49,183 bases of DNA, taken from a virus (lineage: Duplodnaviria; Caudoviricetes). The notes under the pieces were generated by a model. That model did not search any database and was not told the origin of the DNA. It worked only from the letters and a program-made list of their open reading frames with translations. The stretch is from the IMG/VR virus record IMGVR_UViG_3300037522_000084, positions 1-49,183 of that record; one strand, written 5' to 3'. How positions within the stretch are numbered: the first letter of the stretch is position 1; each line of letters opens with the position of its first letter. Shown in pieces: positions 1 to 9,809 of the stretch. The position numbers and the translations under genes are program-made.

Positions 1-63
1 GGCAGGGAACCGCGCGAAATTCAACCTTATTTGAATCAGGCACTTAGGTAAGGTTAACGGGGC

Positions 64-672
64 ATGGGCAAGCAGCGGCGCAAGCAGATGCGGCGCCGTG
101 GCGCTGACGCGAAGGTCCAGAAGCGACGCGCCGGCGCGGACGCGCGGATCAAGAAGCTCGCGAAGGCGTTGAAGATCTCGACGGTCCAGGTCTGGCGCCT
201 GGCGAAGCGCGGCATGCCGACCTCGAGCGCGGCCGCGGCGCGCGCCTGGCGCGACGAGAACGTCCAGACGAAAACCGGCGCGGTCCTCGCGGAGAACCAG
301 CGGCTGCGATCGGCGCAGGCGCGCATGGCCGAGATCCAGGTGCGCCGCATGACGGGCGAGCTGGTCGAGCTCGCCGAGGTCGAGACATCGATCGTCGAGA
401 GCATGGTGCTCATCCGGTCCACCCTCGAGGGCGTGGCCGCGCGCTGCGCGCCGCAGCTCGCGACGATGACCGACCCCGCGGAGATCAGGCTGTACCTGCT
501 CAATGAGAACAGAGACGCGCTCCGCTCCTCGACCGATCGACTCGAGGCTCGCTGGCGTATGGATACGAGCGGCGAGCGCGCTGCGCCCCAAGCCGATCCG
601 AAGCCCGTGGAAGTGGGCGGAGGAAAACCGGCAGTTCCCCGCCGGAAGCGCCGAGCCCGGTCCGTATCGTAG
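64..672 (+). CDS. Terminase small subunit (Nu1-like)
   Basis: N-terminal HTH-like segment (KLAKALKISTVQVWRLAKRGMP) and coiled coil with GELV motif; directly upstream of and overlapping the large terminase. Confidence 0.75.
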   Translation: MGKQRRKQMRRRGADAKVQKRRAGADARIKKLAKALKISTVQVWRLAKRGMPTSSAAAARAWRDENVQTKTGAVLAENQRLRSAQARMAEIQVRRMTGELVELAEVETSIVESMVLIRSTLEGVAARCAPQLATMTDPAEIRLYLLNENRDALRSSTDRLEARWRMDTSGERAAPQADPKPVEVGGGKPAVPRRKRRARSVS

Positions 673-2404
673 CGATCGCACGCCCTACCTGGTGCCGCTG
701 CAGGAGGCGTGCGTGAGCCCGCGCTACCGCGGGGCGGTCGCGGTGCTCGCGACGCAGATGGGCAAGACCGCGACGGTGATGAACATCGTCGGGCGAAAGC
801 TCGACGACGATCCGGCGCCGGTCATCTACTTCGGGCCGACCAAGTCGAACCTCGAGACCGTGGTCGAGCCGCAGATCTCGGCGATGCTCAGGGGGGTCGA
901 GTCCTTGCGCAAGACCATGCCAGGCGGCAAGGCGCAGAAGAAGCTCGTGAAGAAAGTCGCGGGCGTGACGCTGCGCATGGCCTGGGCGGGTTCGCCGACC
1001 GAGCTCGCATCGCAGCCGGCGCACACGGCGATCGTCGACGAGGTCGACAAGATGGAGCCGGTGAAGGGCGAGGGCGATCCGCTCACGCTCGCGCGCGCGC
1101 GGGTCGCCACCTACGCGGACGGCAATCTCTTCGCCGTGTCCTCGCCCACCGAGGGGACGGTCACGACGAAGGTGCACCCGGAAACGGGGATCGAGCACTG
1201 GGAGCTCGCGGATCCGCAGGACGTGCCCAGCCGGATCTGGCGCGCATGGCAGGAGGGCACGCGGCACGAGTGGGCGGTGCCCTGCCGGCATTGCTCCGAG
1301 TACTTCGTCCCGCGCTTCAAGCTCCTGCAGTGGGCGAAGGAGGCCTCGCCGGCAGAGGCCCGGCGCAGCGCGCGCCTGGTGTGCTCGCGCTGCGGAGCGC
1401 TGCACAGCGACGCGGACAAGCTCTGGATGAACGAGCACGGCCGGGCGATCGCGCCAGGCCAGAAGGTCGTCGACGGCCAGGTTGTGGGCGAGGCCCCGGA
1501 GTCCGATACGTTCAGCCTATGGGTCTCGGGCCTGATGTCGCCGTGGAAGAGCTTCGGCCTGCTCGCTTCGAACTGGGTGAGCGCCGCGCATAGCGGCGAC
1601 CAGGACATAGTGCGCACGACGCTGAACGCCGACTTCGGCGAGCTGTACATGCTGCGCGGCCAAGCGCCCGAGTGGCAGTCGCTCAAGCAGCTCGGCGCCG
1701 GCTACAAGCGGGGCGACGTCCCGAAGGCGGTGCGTCTGCTCTTTCTCACCGCGGACGTCCAGAAGAACCGGCTCGTCTGCGCGGTGCGCGGCTGGGGCCC
1801 GGAGTTCGAGAGCTGGCTCATCCACACCGAGGAGATCTGGGGCGACACCGACCAGCCTGAGGTGTACGCGCGGCTTACCGAGCTCTACGGCCGCAGGTTC
1901 GGCTCGCTGCCGATCTCCGCGGCGGCGATCGACTCGGGGTTTAGGACCGAGCGGGTGTACGAGTGGGCGCACGCGCAGGGGCTGAAGGCCTACGCGACGT
2001 TCGGGCGCGAGCGGCCCTCGAAGCTCTACGCGGCGTTCGACATCGAGGTCGACCGCTACGGCAAGCGCCGCTTCGCCGGGATGAAGCGCTGGGTGCTCGA
2101 TCACGGGTACTTCAAGGGCTGGGTGCACGACCGGCTCGGCTGGCCGCCCGATCAGCCCGGGGCGTGGCACCTGCCCGACGACGTCGAGGACGACTACTGC
2201 AAGCAGCTGGTCGCCGAGCAGCGCCTGCGCCTGCCATCGGGCGGCGTGCAGTGGGTGAAGAGCGGGGCGAACGACTGGCTGGACACCGAGGCCCTGCAGG
2301 TGTTCCTCGCGCACGTCGAGGGCGTGCGCAATCTGAAGAAGGAATCGGCGAAGAAGGCCGGCACGGTCGCGGACCTGGCACGGAAACTAAACACCGAGGA
2401 TTAA
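503..2404 (+). CDS. terL: Terminase large subunit (lambda GpA family)
   Basis: PGPYRSDRTPYL, Walker A TQMGKT, Walker B IVDEVD, SSPT motif, CxxC pairs, nuclease motifs TADVQ and IDSG; true start may lie slightly downstream. Confidence 0.95.
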   Translation: MRTETRSAPRPIDSRLAGVWIRAASALRPKPIRSPWKWAEENRQFPAGSAEPGPYRSDRTPYLVPLQEACVSPRYRGAVAVLATQMGKTATVMNIVGRKLDDDPAPVIYFGPTKSNLETVVEPQISAMLRGVESLRKTMPGGKAQKKLVKKVAGVTLRMAWAGSPTELASQPAHTAIVDEVDKMEPVKGEGDPLTLARARVATYADGNLFAVSSPTEGTVTTKVHPETGIEHWELADPQDVPSRIWRAWQEGTRHEWAVPCRHCSEYFVPRFKLLQWAKEASPAEARRSARLVCSRCGALHSDADKLWMNEHGRAIAPGQKVVDGQVVGEAPESDTFSLWVSGLMSPWKSFGLLASNWVSAAHSGDQDIVRTTLNADFGELYMLRGQAPEWQSLKQLGAGYKRGDVPKAVRLLFLTADVQKNRLVCAVRGWGPEFESWLIHTEEIWGDTDQPEVYARLTELYGRRFGSLPISAAAIDSGFRTERVYEWAHAQGLKAYATFGRERPSKLYAAFDIEVDRYGKRRFAGMKRWVLDHGYFKGWVHDRLGWPPDQPGAWHLPDDVEDDYCKQLVAEQRLRLPSGGVQWVKSGANDWLDTEALQVFLAHVEGVRNLKKESAKKAGTVADLARKLNTED

Positions 2405-2425
2405 CCCATCAAGAGGGCACGGAAT

Positions 2426-2659
2426 ATGGCGGCAATTCTCACGCAGAAACTCAAGCGCAACGGCTGGCCGTCGGATGAAGCGCAGATGATGATGGACGAG
2501 TCGCTGCTCGCGTACACCGAGGGTGGCTTCGAGGACGACAACGAGATCACCAAGTGGCGCGAGTGGCGCCTGGACGGGAAGATCGTGAAGCGCGCCGCGC
2601 ATGTGCACCTGAAGAAGAACGTCGCGGCGGAAGCAGTGGCGGCGATGTTCGGCAAGTAA
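2426..2659 (+). CDS. Hypothetical phage protein
   Basis: 77-aa ORF with purine-rich RBS (AAGAGGG) in the late operon. Confidence 0.65.
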   Translation: MAAILTQKLKRNGWPSDEAQMMMDESLLAYTEGGFEDDNEITKWREWRLDGKIVKRAAHVHLKKNVAAEAVAAMFGK

Positions 2660-2675
2660 ACCCAAGGAGACGGCG

Positions 2676-3209
2676 ATGGAAAGAATTCTGCGGTGGCTGA
2701 TGATCCCGGCGGCGGTGTACGCCGAGAGGTTCCTGCTGCTCTACGCGAACACGCAGGCCATGACGAGCGCCTTCAAGCGCGACATCTTGAAGGGCTTTCA
2801 CAACCTCGGCGGCACGGACAACCCGGCGCGAACGGTGAACACGTCCGACGCCTACAAACTCGCGCTCTACCTCGCCACGGCATCGCGGGGCGCCGCCGAC
2901 ACCGTTTACAACACGACCGGCGAGCTAGCTGGCACCGGCAACTACACGCAGGGCGGCGAGGACGTGACTCTGGGGAATCCTCCGACGCTGGATTCGACGA
3001 CCGCGCACGTCACCCCTTCGGCCAGCGTGACGTGGACGGCTCTCACCTCCTCCGGCGCATTCGACGCGGCGCTCTTGTACAACAACTCGCACGCGACGAA
3101 GTACGCGGTGAGCGTTCACACGTTCGCGTCGCAGGACATCACGGCGGCGGACTTCACGCTGACGATGCCGACGAACGACGGGACCACGGGCCTCATTCGC
3201 ATCGCGTAG
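2676..3209 (+). CDS. Putative virion structural protein (Thr/Ala-rich, YKLALY / YTQGG type)
   Basis: AAGGAG RBS; beta-rich composition typical of small phage fibre-associated proteins. Confidence 0.6.
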   Translation: MERILRWLMIPAAVYAERFLLLYANTQAMTSAFKRDILKGFHNLGGTDNPARTVNTSDAYKLALYLATASRGAADTVYNTTGELAGTGNYTQGGEDVTLGNPPTLDSTTAHVTPSASVTWTALTSSGAFDAALLYNNSHATKYAVSVHTFASQDITAADFTLTMPTNDGTTGLIRIA

Positions 3210-3222
3210 CGAGTTGACGTAA

Positions 3223-3468
3223 ATGGAATGGGAAGTCTGGCTGGCTGACGGCTCGACGCTCGCTTCGACCCGGGCCCGCTGGGACGATCCCTGGGACGGC
3301 GTGCTGGTCATGCGCTGGTGGAAAGGAGCGCAGAAGGGCGTCTGCTGGGGCGACAGCAACTACGGGTTGTTCCACACCGTGAAGAACGGGGTGATCGTAT
3401 CGGACGATGTTTTCAACCGCGCGCTGAAGGACGCACATGAGCGTTGTAACCCTCCGTCCGAGCGGTGA
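3223..3468 (+). CDS. Hypothetical protein
   Basis: 81-aa Trp-rich ORF filling the gap in the operon. Confidence 0.5.
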   Translation: MEWEVWLADGSTLASTRARWDDPWDGVLVMRWWKGAQKGVCWGDSNYGLFHTVKNGVIVSDDVFNRALKDAHERCNPPSER

Positions 3469-4996
3469 CGGCACAAGGATCGGCTGGACTGTTACTGGTG
3501 CGGGAACCGTCGCCGAAGCAATCGATGACGATCCTGACTCGAACGACGCGGACACTTCCTACGTTCGAAGCCCGAATCTCGAAGACGGCACGGTGTTCGT
3601 CGAGCTGGACGACGTGCCAGCGGACTTTGACCCGGACGCGATCAATAGCATCACGATCAAGGTTGCGCACCGGCGGTTTAACACGCCGAACATGGCGGTG
3701 GATGCCGGAACCGTCAATGCGTTTCTTACCCGCGCCGATGAAACGACGGCGATCAGCACTACGCCGACAGCGGTTAATTCACCGATTCAGGCGGGCTACG
3801 AGTTAACGAGCTTCACGCCGAGCCCGACGGGCACGCATACCGTTGCTGAGTGGAATGGTGCGCGCCTCGCGCTGGTGTTCGACCACACGCAAGCGCAGGC
3901 GGCCGACACGATCAACTTGATCCGCATCACGGCGGCGGAAGTCACGATCGACTACACGCCGGCCGCTGCTGGTGAAGAAGAAGCGCTTACCGGGGTATCG
4001 TCCACCGGAGCAATAGGGGCGTTCGGCGTCGCGGTCGTCATCGCCCTGTCCGGTGTTGGCGGGGCAGGCTCTGTCGGGTCGATGGGCGCCGGCATCAGCG
4101 CGCCGATTGCCGGCGTGGAGGCAACCGCTGCGGTCGGAACGCTCTCGCCCTCGGTCAGCCATTCGGTCGCGCTGTCCGGAGTAGGAGGCACGGGGGCGGT
4201 CGGGAGTATCTCCGCCTCGGTGTCTGCCGGCCTGCCGGGGGTGGCTGGAACTGGCGCGGTCGGAACACTTTCACCGACGGCCGAAAGCGGAGCCGCCCTG
4301 ACCGGCGTGGCGGGCGCAGGCGGCGTCGGCAGCCTTGGCGTTACCGTAACCGCGGCGCTGTCCGGCAACGTTGCCACGGGGGCCGTGGGCGCGCTCTCGC
4401 CGGAAGCGGCGGCTTCTGCGGAGCTTTCGGGGGTCTCTGGAGCCGGCGCCGTCGGGTCCGTGGCAGCTTCGGTGAGCGTCCCCATGTCCGGGGTATCGAG
4501 CACCGGGTCGGCTGGGTCGGTCGATGCCGCGGTCTCCTGCGCGCTCGCCGGCAACGAGGCCGAGGGGGCTGTTGGCGACTTGGCCATCCCGGGCGCGCAG
4601 ATGCTTACCGGCGCCGAGGCTACGGGCGCAGTAGGCAGCATGGCGCCGAGCGTCACCGCTGCGCTGAGTGGCGTGGATGGCACGGGCGCAGCGGGCTCGG
4701 CAGAGGCGGTAGTTTCGGTCTCGTTGGACGGGCACGAGGCTGTAGGAGCAGTCGGCACGTTCAGCCCGCAGATTGTTGCTGCCATCACCGGCGAGCAAGC
4801 CGCTGGTGCGGCTGGCACGCTGACGCCGATCAGTGGTCCCGTCGTTGCGCTTACCGGGGTGCAGGGGACTGTGGCTGTAGGGTCGCTGACTGTTTTGAAC
4901 CGAGATACACGAACCAAGGTGCAGCTCGAGCGCGATCTCATGGCATTGGACTTCGAGTCCCTCGTTTCCCTGCCCGATGACGCTGTCGACTATTGA
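3437..4996 (+). CDS. Gly/Ala/Val-rich repeat protein, putative head or neck fibre
   Basis: Globular N-terminal about 175 aa, then many LSGVxxTGAVG-type repeats at roughly 20-23 aa period. Confidence 0.65.
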   Translation: MSVVTLRPSGDGTRIGWTVTGAGTVAEAIDDDPDSNDADTSYVRSPNLEDGTVFVELDDVPADFDPDAINSITIKVAHRRFNTPNMAVDAGTVNAFLTRADETTAISTTPTAVNSPIQAGYELTSFTPSPTGTHTVAEWNGARLALVFDHTQAQAADTINLIRITAAEVTIDYTPAAAGEEEALTGVSSTGAIGAFGVAVVIALSGVGGAGSVGSMGAGISAPIAGVEATAAVGTLSPSVSHSVALSGVGGTGAVGSISASVSAGLPGVAGTGAVGTLSPTAESGAALTGVAGAGGVGSLGVTVTAALSGNVATGAVGALSPEAAASAELSGVSGAGAVGSVAASVSVPMSGVSSTGSAGSVDAAVSCALAGNEAEGAVGDLAIPGAQMLTGAEATGAVGSMAPSVTAALSGVDGTGAAGSAEAVVSVSLDGHEAVGAVGTFSPQIVAAITGEQAAGAAGTLTPISGPVVALTGVQGTVAVGSLTVLNRDTRTKVQLERDLMALDFESLVSLPDDAVDY

Positions 4997-5008
4997 AGGA
5001 GCGCGCAA

Positions 5009-5212
5009 ATGACGGCAGCCGAAAAGCTCGTGGAAGCGAAGGACGCGCTGCATAACCTGCTCACGGGAAAGAGAGCGGTCATGCTGCAGTATGGCGACAC
5101 GCGCACGCAGTTTACGGCCGGCAACATCGACGAGCTTCGTCGCTATATCGCGCAGCTCGAAGCCGAGATCGACTCGACGAAGGCGCGCCGGCCGCTGTCG
5201 GTGAGGTGGTGA
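5009..5212 (+). CDS. Head-tail joining protein gpW
   Basis: ALHNLLTGKRAV...IDELRRYIAQLE, lambda gpW signature, immediately before the portal; AAGGAG RBS. Confidence 0.9.
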   Translation: MTAAEKLVEAKDALHNLLTGKRAVMLQYGDTRTQFTAGNIDELRRYIAQLEAEIDSTKARRPLSVRW

Positions 5213-6825
5213 TGGCGAAGTCCGTGATCGTCGACGAGCGCGGCCGGCCGCTTTCGGCCTACGCGCACGAGGGCGCGGATCTCGCCGGCCGCGAGCTCGG
5301 GACCTGGTATCCCGGCCAGTTCTCGGCCGACGGCGAGCTCTTGCCCGAGCTCGAGACGCTGCGCGATCGCACGCGCGACCTCATCCGCAACAACGGCGTC
5401 GCCTCCGGGGCGGTGCAGATGCACGTCGACAACGTGATCGGCTCGGGGCTGCTGCTGAACGCGAAGCCCGATCGCCGCGCGCTCGGCTTGAAGGGCGAGG
5501 ACCGGGCCGAGGAGATGGACGAGCTCGAGGACGAGATCGAGGCGAAGTTCGACGCCTGGTCCGAGGACGTCTGCTGCTACGTCGACGCCTCGCGCAAGTC
5601 CAGGTTCTCGGGGCTGCTCGCGCAGGCCTACCGATCCTACCTGATGTCGTTCGAGATCCTGGCCACCGGCGAGTGGCTGCCCCGGCGCGGCTCGCTCTAC
5701 TCGACGGCCGTCCAGATGATCGATCCGGCGAGGCTGTCGAACCCGCTCGGCAAGCAGGACGACGATGTCTTTCGCGGGGGCGTGGAGCGCGGGCCGATGG
5801 GCGAGCCCGTCGCCTACCACATCGCCTCGCACGTCGAGAGCGACTTCATCAACATCCGCACGGGCATGAGGACCTGGGACAGGGTCGCGCGCGAAACCAC
5901 GTGGGGCCGGCAGATGGTGATCCACGTCTTCGACAACGATCAGCCCGGCCAGAGCCGGGGCAAGAACGGGATCACCGCGGTGCTGCTCAAGCACAAGATG
6001 CTGGACAAGTTCGCCAAGGTCTCGCTCGAGGCCGCGGCGTTCAATGCGATGTACGCCGCGTACATCCAGTCGAGCCTCGACTGGCCGAGCGTGGCGGCCG
6101 CGATGGGCGCCTCGACGAGCGCGGACACCGACCCGACGCTGAAGTACCTGCAGAACCGCGTGGACTTCCACGAGGCGGGCTCGGTGCGGTTCAACGGGCT
6201 GCGCGTGCCGCACCTCTTTCCGGGCGAGGAGCTCAAGCACCTCACGCCGCAGCACCCGACGCCGGCGTTCAACGCGTTCGAAGAGGCGGCGCTGCGCTAC
6301 CTGGCGGCAGGCTGGAATCTCACGTACGAGCAGCTCTCGCGCGACTACTCGAAGACGAACTACTCCTCGGCGCGCGCGGCGCTGCTCGAGGCCTGGCGGT
6401 TCTTCAGCGGCAAGCAGTACCTGATCGGCGGGTGGTTCGCCACGCAGATCTACGCCCTCTGGCTCGAGGAGGCGCTCGACCGTGGCGAGATCGTGCTGCC
6501 CGCGGGCCTGCCAGACTTCTACGCGGCGAAGACCTCCTGGTGCAGCTGCGAGTGGATCGGGCCCGGGCGCGGACACATCGACCCGCTCAAAGAGGCGAAC
6601 GCGAACAAGGTCCGCTACCAGATGAACCTCGAGACCCTGGAATCGCTCGCCGCGCAGGACGGCCGGCGCTGGCGGGAGATCATCGACCAGCGCGCCCAGG
6701 AGACCCGCTACGCCGCGCGCCGCGGCGTGGACATCTCGCAGGTGGGCGGGCCCACGCCCGTCGCGCAGCCGCCCGACGCCCCGGACGAACCGCGCGGCAG
6801 CGAGCGCCAACCACAGCCAGCCTAG
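5212..6825 (+). CDS. Portal protein (lambda family)
   Basis: RTRDLIRNNG, PGQSRG, YEQLSRDYSKTNYSSARAALLE, IDPLKEANA motifs. Confidence 0.95.
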   Translation: MAKSVIVDERGRPLSAYAHEGADLAGRELGTWYPGQFSADGELLPELETLRDRTRDLIRNNGVASGAVQMHVDNVIGSGLLLNAKPDRRALGLKGEDRAEEMDELEDEIEAKFDAWSEDVCCYVDASRKSRFSGLLAQAYRSYLMSFEILATGEWLPRRGSLYSTAVQMIDPARLSNPLGKQDDDVFRGGVERGPMGEPVAYHIASHVESDFINIRTGMRTWDRVARETTWGRQMVIHVFDNDQPGQSRGKNGITAVLLKHKMLDKFAKVSLEAAAFNAMYAAYIQSSLDWPSVAAAMGASTSADTDPTLKYLQNRVDFHEAGSVRFNGLRVPHLFPGEELKHLTPQHPTPAFNAFEEAALRYLAAGWNLTYEQLSRDYSKTNYSSARAALLEAWRFFSGKQYLIGGWFATQIYALWLEEALDRGEIVLPAGLPDFYAAKTSWCSCEWIGPGRGHIDPLKEANANKVRYQMNLETLESLAAQDGRRWREIIDQRAQETRYAARRGVDISQVGGPTPVAQPPDAPDEPRGSERQPQPA

Positions 6826-6834
6826 GAGGCCCGC

Positions 6835-8256
6835 ATGGCCAAGGAAAAGAGCGCGACGCGTACGCCCGTGCTGCGCTATCCGCACATCGCGAGCCGGGTG
6901 TTCGACACCCCGCTCCTGATCGAGCACTCGAAGCTCGTCGCGATCCTGCACGTCCTGGGCCCGCGCTTGGGCTTCGATGCGCCTGCGATCGAGGGCGAGC
7001 CGGCGCTCTCGGCCGACCCGATGCGCCACCTGGACATGCTGGTCAAGGCCTCGCGCCTCGAGCGGCGGGACGAGGGGCACTACGTGGCCGATGGCGTGGC
7101 GGTCATCCCCGTCATCGGCACGCTCGTGCAGCGCGCCGACTGGATGGACGCGATGTCCGGGATGGTCGGCTACGGGCAGATCGAGCGGATGTTCGTCGCC
7201 GCGATCGACGATCCGCAGGTGAAGGAGATCCTGCTCGAGATCGACTCGCCGGGCGGCGAGGTCGCCGGCGCGTTCGACATGGCCGACCGGATGTTCGAGG
7301 CGCGCGGCGCGAAGCCGATGACGGCGATCGCCACCGAGCTCGCGGCGAGCGCCGCCTACCTGATCGCCTCGGCCGCCGACGAGATCGTCGTGCCCCGCAC
7401 GGCCTCGGCCGGCTCGATCGGCGTGGTGGCCACGCACATCGACTACTCCAAGGCCCTCGACAAGCGCGGGATCGCCGTGACGTTCATCTACGCGGGGGAG
7501 CGGAAGGTGGACGGCAACCCCTACCAGCCGCTGCCCGCCGGAGTGCGCGCCGAGTGGCAGGCCGAGGTGGACGAGGTCTATCAGTTGTTCGTCTCGACGG
7601 TCGCACGCAACCGGAGCCTCGAGGAGGACTGGGTGCGCAAGACCGAGGCGGGGATGTTCATGGGCCGCAAGGCCGTCGATGTCGGGCTCGCGAATCGAGT
7701 GAATTCGTTCGACAACGAGCTCGATGTGTTGGTGCGCCGCCGCAGTGCGGGCGGTGCGTTTTTTCAATCACAGAGAAAGGACCGTGCGATGAAGACGGAA
7801 ATGGAAAAGCGCGCCGAGGCGGAAGCGGAAGCCAAACTGCGCGCGGAAGCCGAGGCGAAAGCCAAGGCCGAGCAGGACGCGAAGGTCAAGCAGGATGCCG
7901 ACGCCAAGGCGAAGGCCGACGCGGAAGCGAAGGCCAGACAGGAGACCGAGGCAAAGGCCAAGTCCGGCGCCGCGAGCGATCGCGAGCGCGTGAAGGCCAT
8001 CCTCGGCTGCGAGGAGGCGAAGGGCCGGGAGCAGATGGCCCAGCACCTCGCGCTCGAGACCGACCTCACGCTCGAGCAGGCGAAGGGCGTGCTCTCGAAG
8101 AGCCCGAAGGCCTCCAAGCTCGACGAGGCGATGCAGCACTTCGGCCCCGGGGTGAAATCGGAAGAAGTCCCCGGCTCCCAGGCCACCACGATCGACAGCC
8201 CGGCGGCGATGTTCGATCGCCGGGCGCAGATCTTCCAGGGCGCGCGCGCGAAGTAG
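6835..8256 (+). CDS. S49 prohead protease with C-terminal scaffold (gpC/Nu3-like)
   Basis: IDSPGGEV, AASAAYLIAS, GSIGV motifs; Ala/Glu/Lys coiled-coil C-terminus. Confidence 0.92.
   Translation: MAKEKSATRTPVLRYPHIASRVFDTPLLIEHSKLVAILHVLGPRLGFDAPAIEGEPALSADPMRHLDMLVKASRLERRDEGHYVADGVAVIPVIGTLVQRADWMDAMSGMVGYGQIERMFVAAIDDPQVKEILLEIDSPGGEVAGAFDMADRMFEARGAKPMTAIATELAASAAYLIASAADEIVVPRTASAGSIGVVATHIDYSKALDKRGIAVTFIYAGERKVDGNPYQPLPAGVRAEWQAEVDEVYQLFVSTVARNRSLEEDWVRKTEAGMFMGRKAVDVGLANRVNSFDNELDVLVRRRSAGGAFFQSQRKDRAMKTEMEKRAEAEAEAKLRAEAEAKAKAEQDAKVKQDADAKAKADAEAKARQETEAKAKSGAASDRERVKAILGCEEAKGREQMAQHLALETDLTLEQAKGVLSKSPKASKLDEAMQHFGPGVKSEEVPGSQATTIDSPAAMFDRRAQIFQGARAK
7789..8256 (+). CDS. Nested in-frame scaffold protein (Nu3-like)
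   Basis: Internal in-frame ATG at 7789 preceded by AGAAAGGA RBS; MKTEMEKRAEAEAEAK... Confidence 0.65.
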   Translation: MKTEMEKRAEAEAEAKLRAEAEAKAKAEQDAKVKQDADAKAKADAEAKARQETEAKAKSGAASDRERVKAILGCEEAKGREQMAQHLALETDLTLEQAKGVLSKSPKASKLDEAMQHFGPGVKSEEVPGSQATTIDSPAAMFDRRAQIFQGARAK

Positions 8257-8291
8257 CGCGAGCCCCCTGATTCTCAGGAAAGGAGAAAGCG

Positions 8292-8711
8292 ATGGTCACG
8301 AAGACCGAGCAGCTCCCTCACGACGAGGGGTTCATCATCAGCGAGGCGCCCGGCACGCTCTCGCGCGAGCAAGTGACGGTCATTGCCGGGACCGCGGTGC
8401 TGCATCCGGGCACCGTGATGGGCGAGCGCGCGGACGGCAAGTGGGCGCAGCTCGATCCGGCGGCGACCGAAGGCAACGAGGCCGCGAAGGGCATCCTGTG
8501 CGCCCAGGTGGACCCCACGGACGGCGCGGGCGCTGCCGGCTCGGACGTGCTGGGCGTGGTAGTTGAGCGCCTGGCCGAGGTCCGCGACGCCGACCTGATC
8601 TGGCCGGACAGCATCAGCACGGCCAACCAGGACACGGCCGAGGCCGAGCTGCTCGCGCGCGACATCAAGATCCGCGCGGTCGCCACCCGTGTGACCACGC
8701 AGTCGACCTAA
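8292..8711 (+). CDS. Head decoration protein (gpD-like)
   Basis: FIISEAPGTLSRE, PGTVMG, AEVRDADLIWP motifs; lies between protease and capsid; AAGGAG RBS. Confidence 0.88.
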   Translation: MVTKTEQLPHDEGFIISEAPGTLSREQVTVIAGTAVLHPGTVMGERADGKWAQLDPAATEGNEAAKGILCAQVDPTDGAGAAGSDVLGVVVERLAEVRDADLIWPDSISTANQDTAEAELLARDIKIRAVATRVTTQST

Positions 8712-8744
8712 CGGCCGGCTGACCAAGGAAAGGAGAAACGAGAC

Positions 8745-9779
8745 ATGATCGACATCTTCAAGTCCGACGCCTTCGGCCTGCTGCGGCTGACGGACGCTGT
8801 GAACAAGCGTCCGTTCATCCCCGGGCGCCTCGGCGCGATGGGTATTTTCCGCGAGAGCGGGATGGACACCCTCGCCGCGGCGATCGAGGAGAAAGAGGGC
8901 AAGCTCTACCTCGTGCCGGCGAAGGAGCGCGGCGCAGACGCCGTGCAGAACCAGAAGCAGGGGCGCAAGCTCCGCATGCTCAAGGCCACGCACCTGCCCG
9001 TCCAGGACAGGCTCGAGGCCGACGAGATCCAGGGCGTGCGCGCCTTCGGCTCGACCAACCAGCTCGAATCCATCCAGGCGAAGGTGAACGAGCGGCTGAG
9101 CACGATGGTGCAGTCCATCGAGGCCACGCTCGAGCACATGCGCATCGGCGCGGTGAAGGGCATCGTCCTGGATGCCGACGGGACGACCGAGCTCTACAAC
9201 CTCTTCACCGAGTTCGGCATCAGCCAGCCGGCGGACGTGGACTTCAACTTCGGCGACCACACCGCCGACCGGGGCGAGCTCCGGGCGGTCTGCGCGAGCA
9301 TCGTGCGCAGCATCCAGGACTCGCTGGGCGCGGCGCCCATCATGGGCGTGCACGCCGTGTGCGGGGACAGCTTCTTCGACTCGCTCCTGCAGGAGCAGGA
9401 GGTCGTGCTGTCCTACCGGGGCACGCCGATGGCGATGGTGCTTCGCGAGGGCTTCGTCTACCCGAACAACATGCGCATCTACGGCGCGTTCGAGTTCGGC
9501 GGCATCGTCTTCGAGAACTACCGCGGCTCGGTCGGGGGCACGGCGTTCGTCAACACGGACGTCGCGCACTTCTTCCCCGTGGGCGTTCCGGATCTCTTCC
9601 GGATCCAGTTCGCGCCGGCGAACTACACGCAGACCGTCAACACGATGGGCCTGCCGGTGTACGCCAAGGCCACGCCCGACCCGAAGGACCGCTGGGTCGA
9701 TCTCGACGTTCAATCCAACCCCCTGCCGTACTGCACGCGGCCGGCGGTGCTCATCCGCGGCATCAAGGGCACCGAGTAA
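8745..9779 (+). CDS. Major capsid protein (gpE family)
   Basis: LTDAVNKRP, LVPxxxRG, EIQGVRAFG, TLEHMRIGAVKG, QSNPLPYCTRP motifs. Confidence 0.93.
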   Translation: MIDIFKSDAFGLLRLTDAVNKRPFIPGRLGAMGIFRESGMDTLAAAIEEKEGKLYLVPAKERGADAVQNQKQGRKLRMLKATHLPVQDRLEADEIQGVRAFGSTNQLESIQAKVNERLSTMVQSIEATLEHMRIGAVKGIVLDADGTTELYNLFTEFGISQPADVDFNFGDHTADRGELRAVCASIVRSIQDSLGAAPIMGVHAVCGDSFFDSLLQEQEVVLSYRGTPMAMVLREGFVYPNNMRIYGAFEFGGIVFENYRGSVGGTAFVNTDVAHFFPVGVPDLFRIQFAPANYTQTVNTMGLPVYAKATPDPKDRWVDLDVQSNPLPYCTRPAVLIRGIKGTE

Positions 9780-9809
9780 GTCGTTGGGCCTTGACCTCGG
9801 AGTGAGCCG

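Noticed and set aside
5125-5165. Unit 3 (V-E-L-A-S-Y-V-E-E-W-D-L) as a match to gpW DELRRYIAQLEA
   Set aside because: Only 4 of 12 dinucleotides agree, too weak to claim
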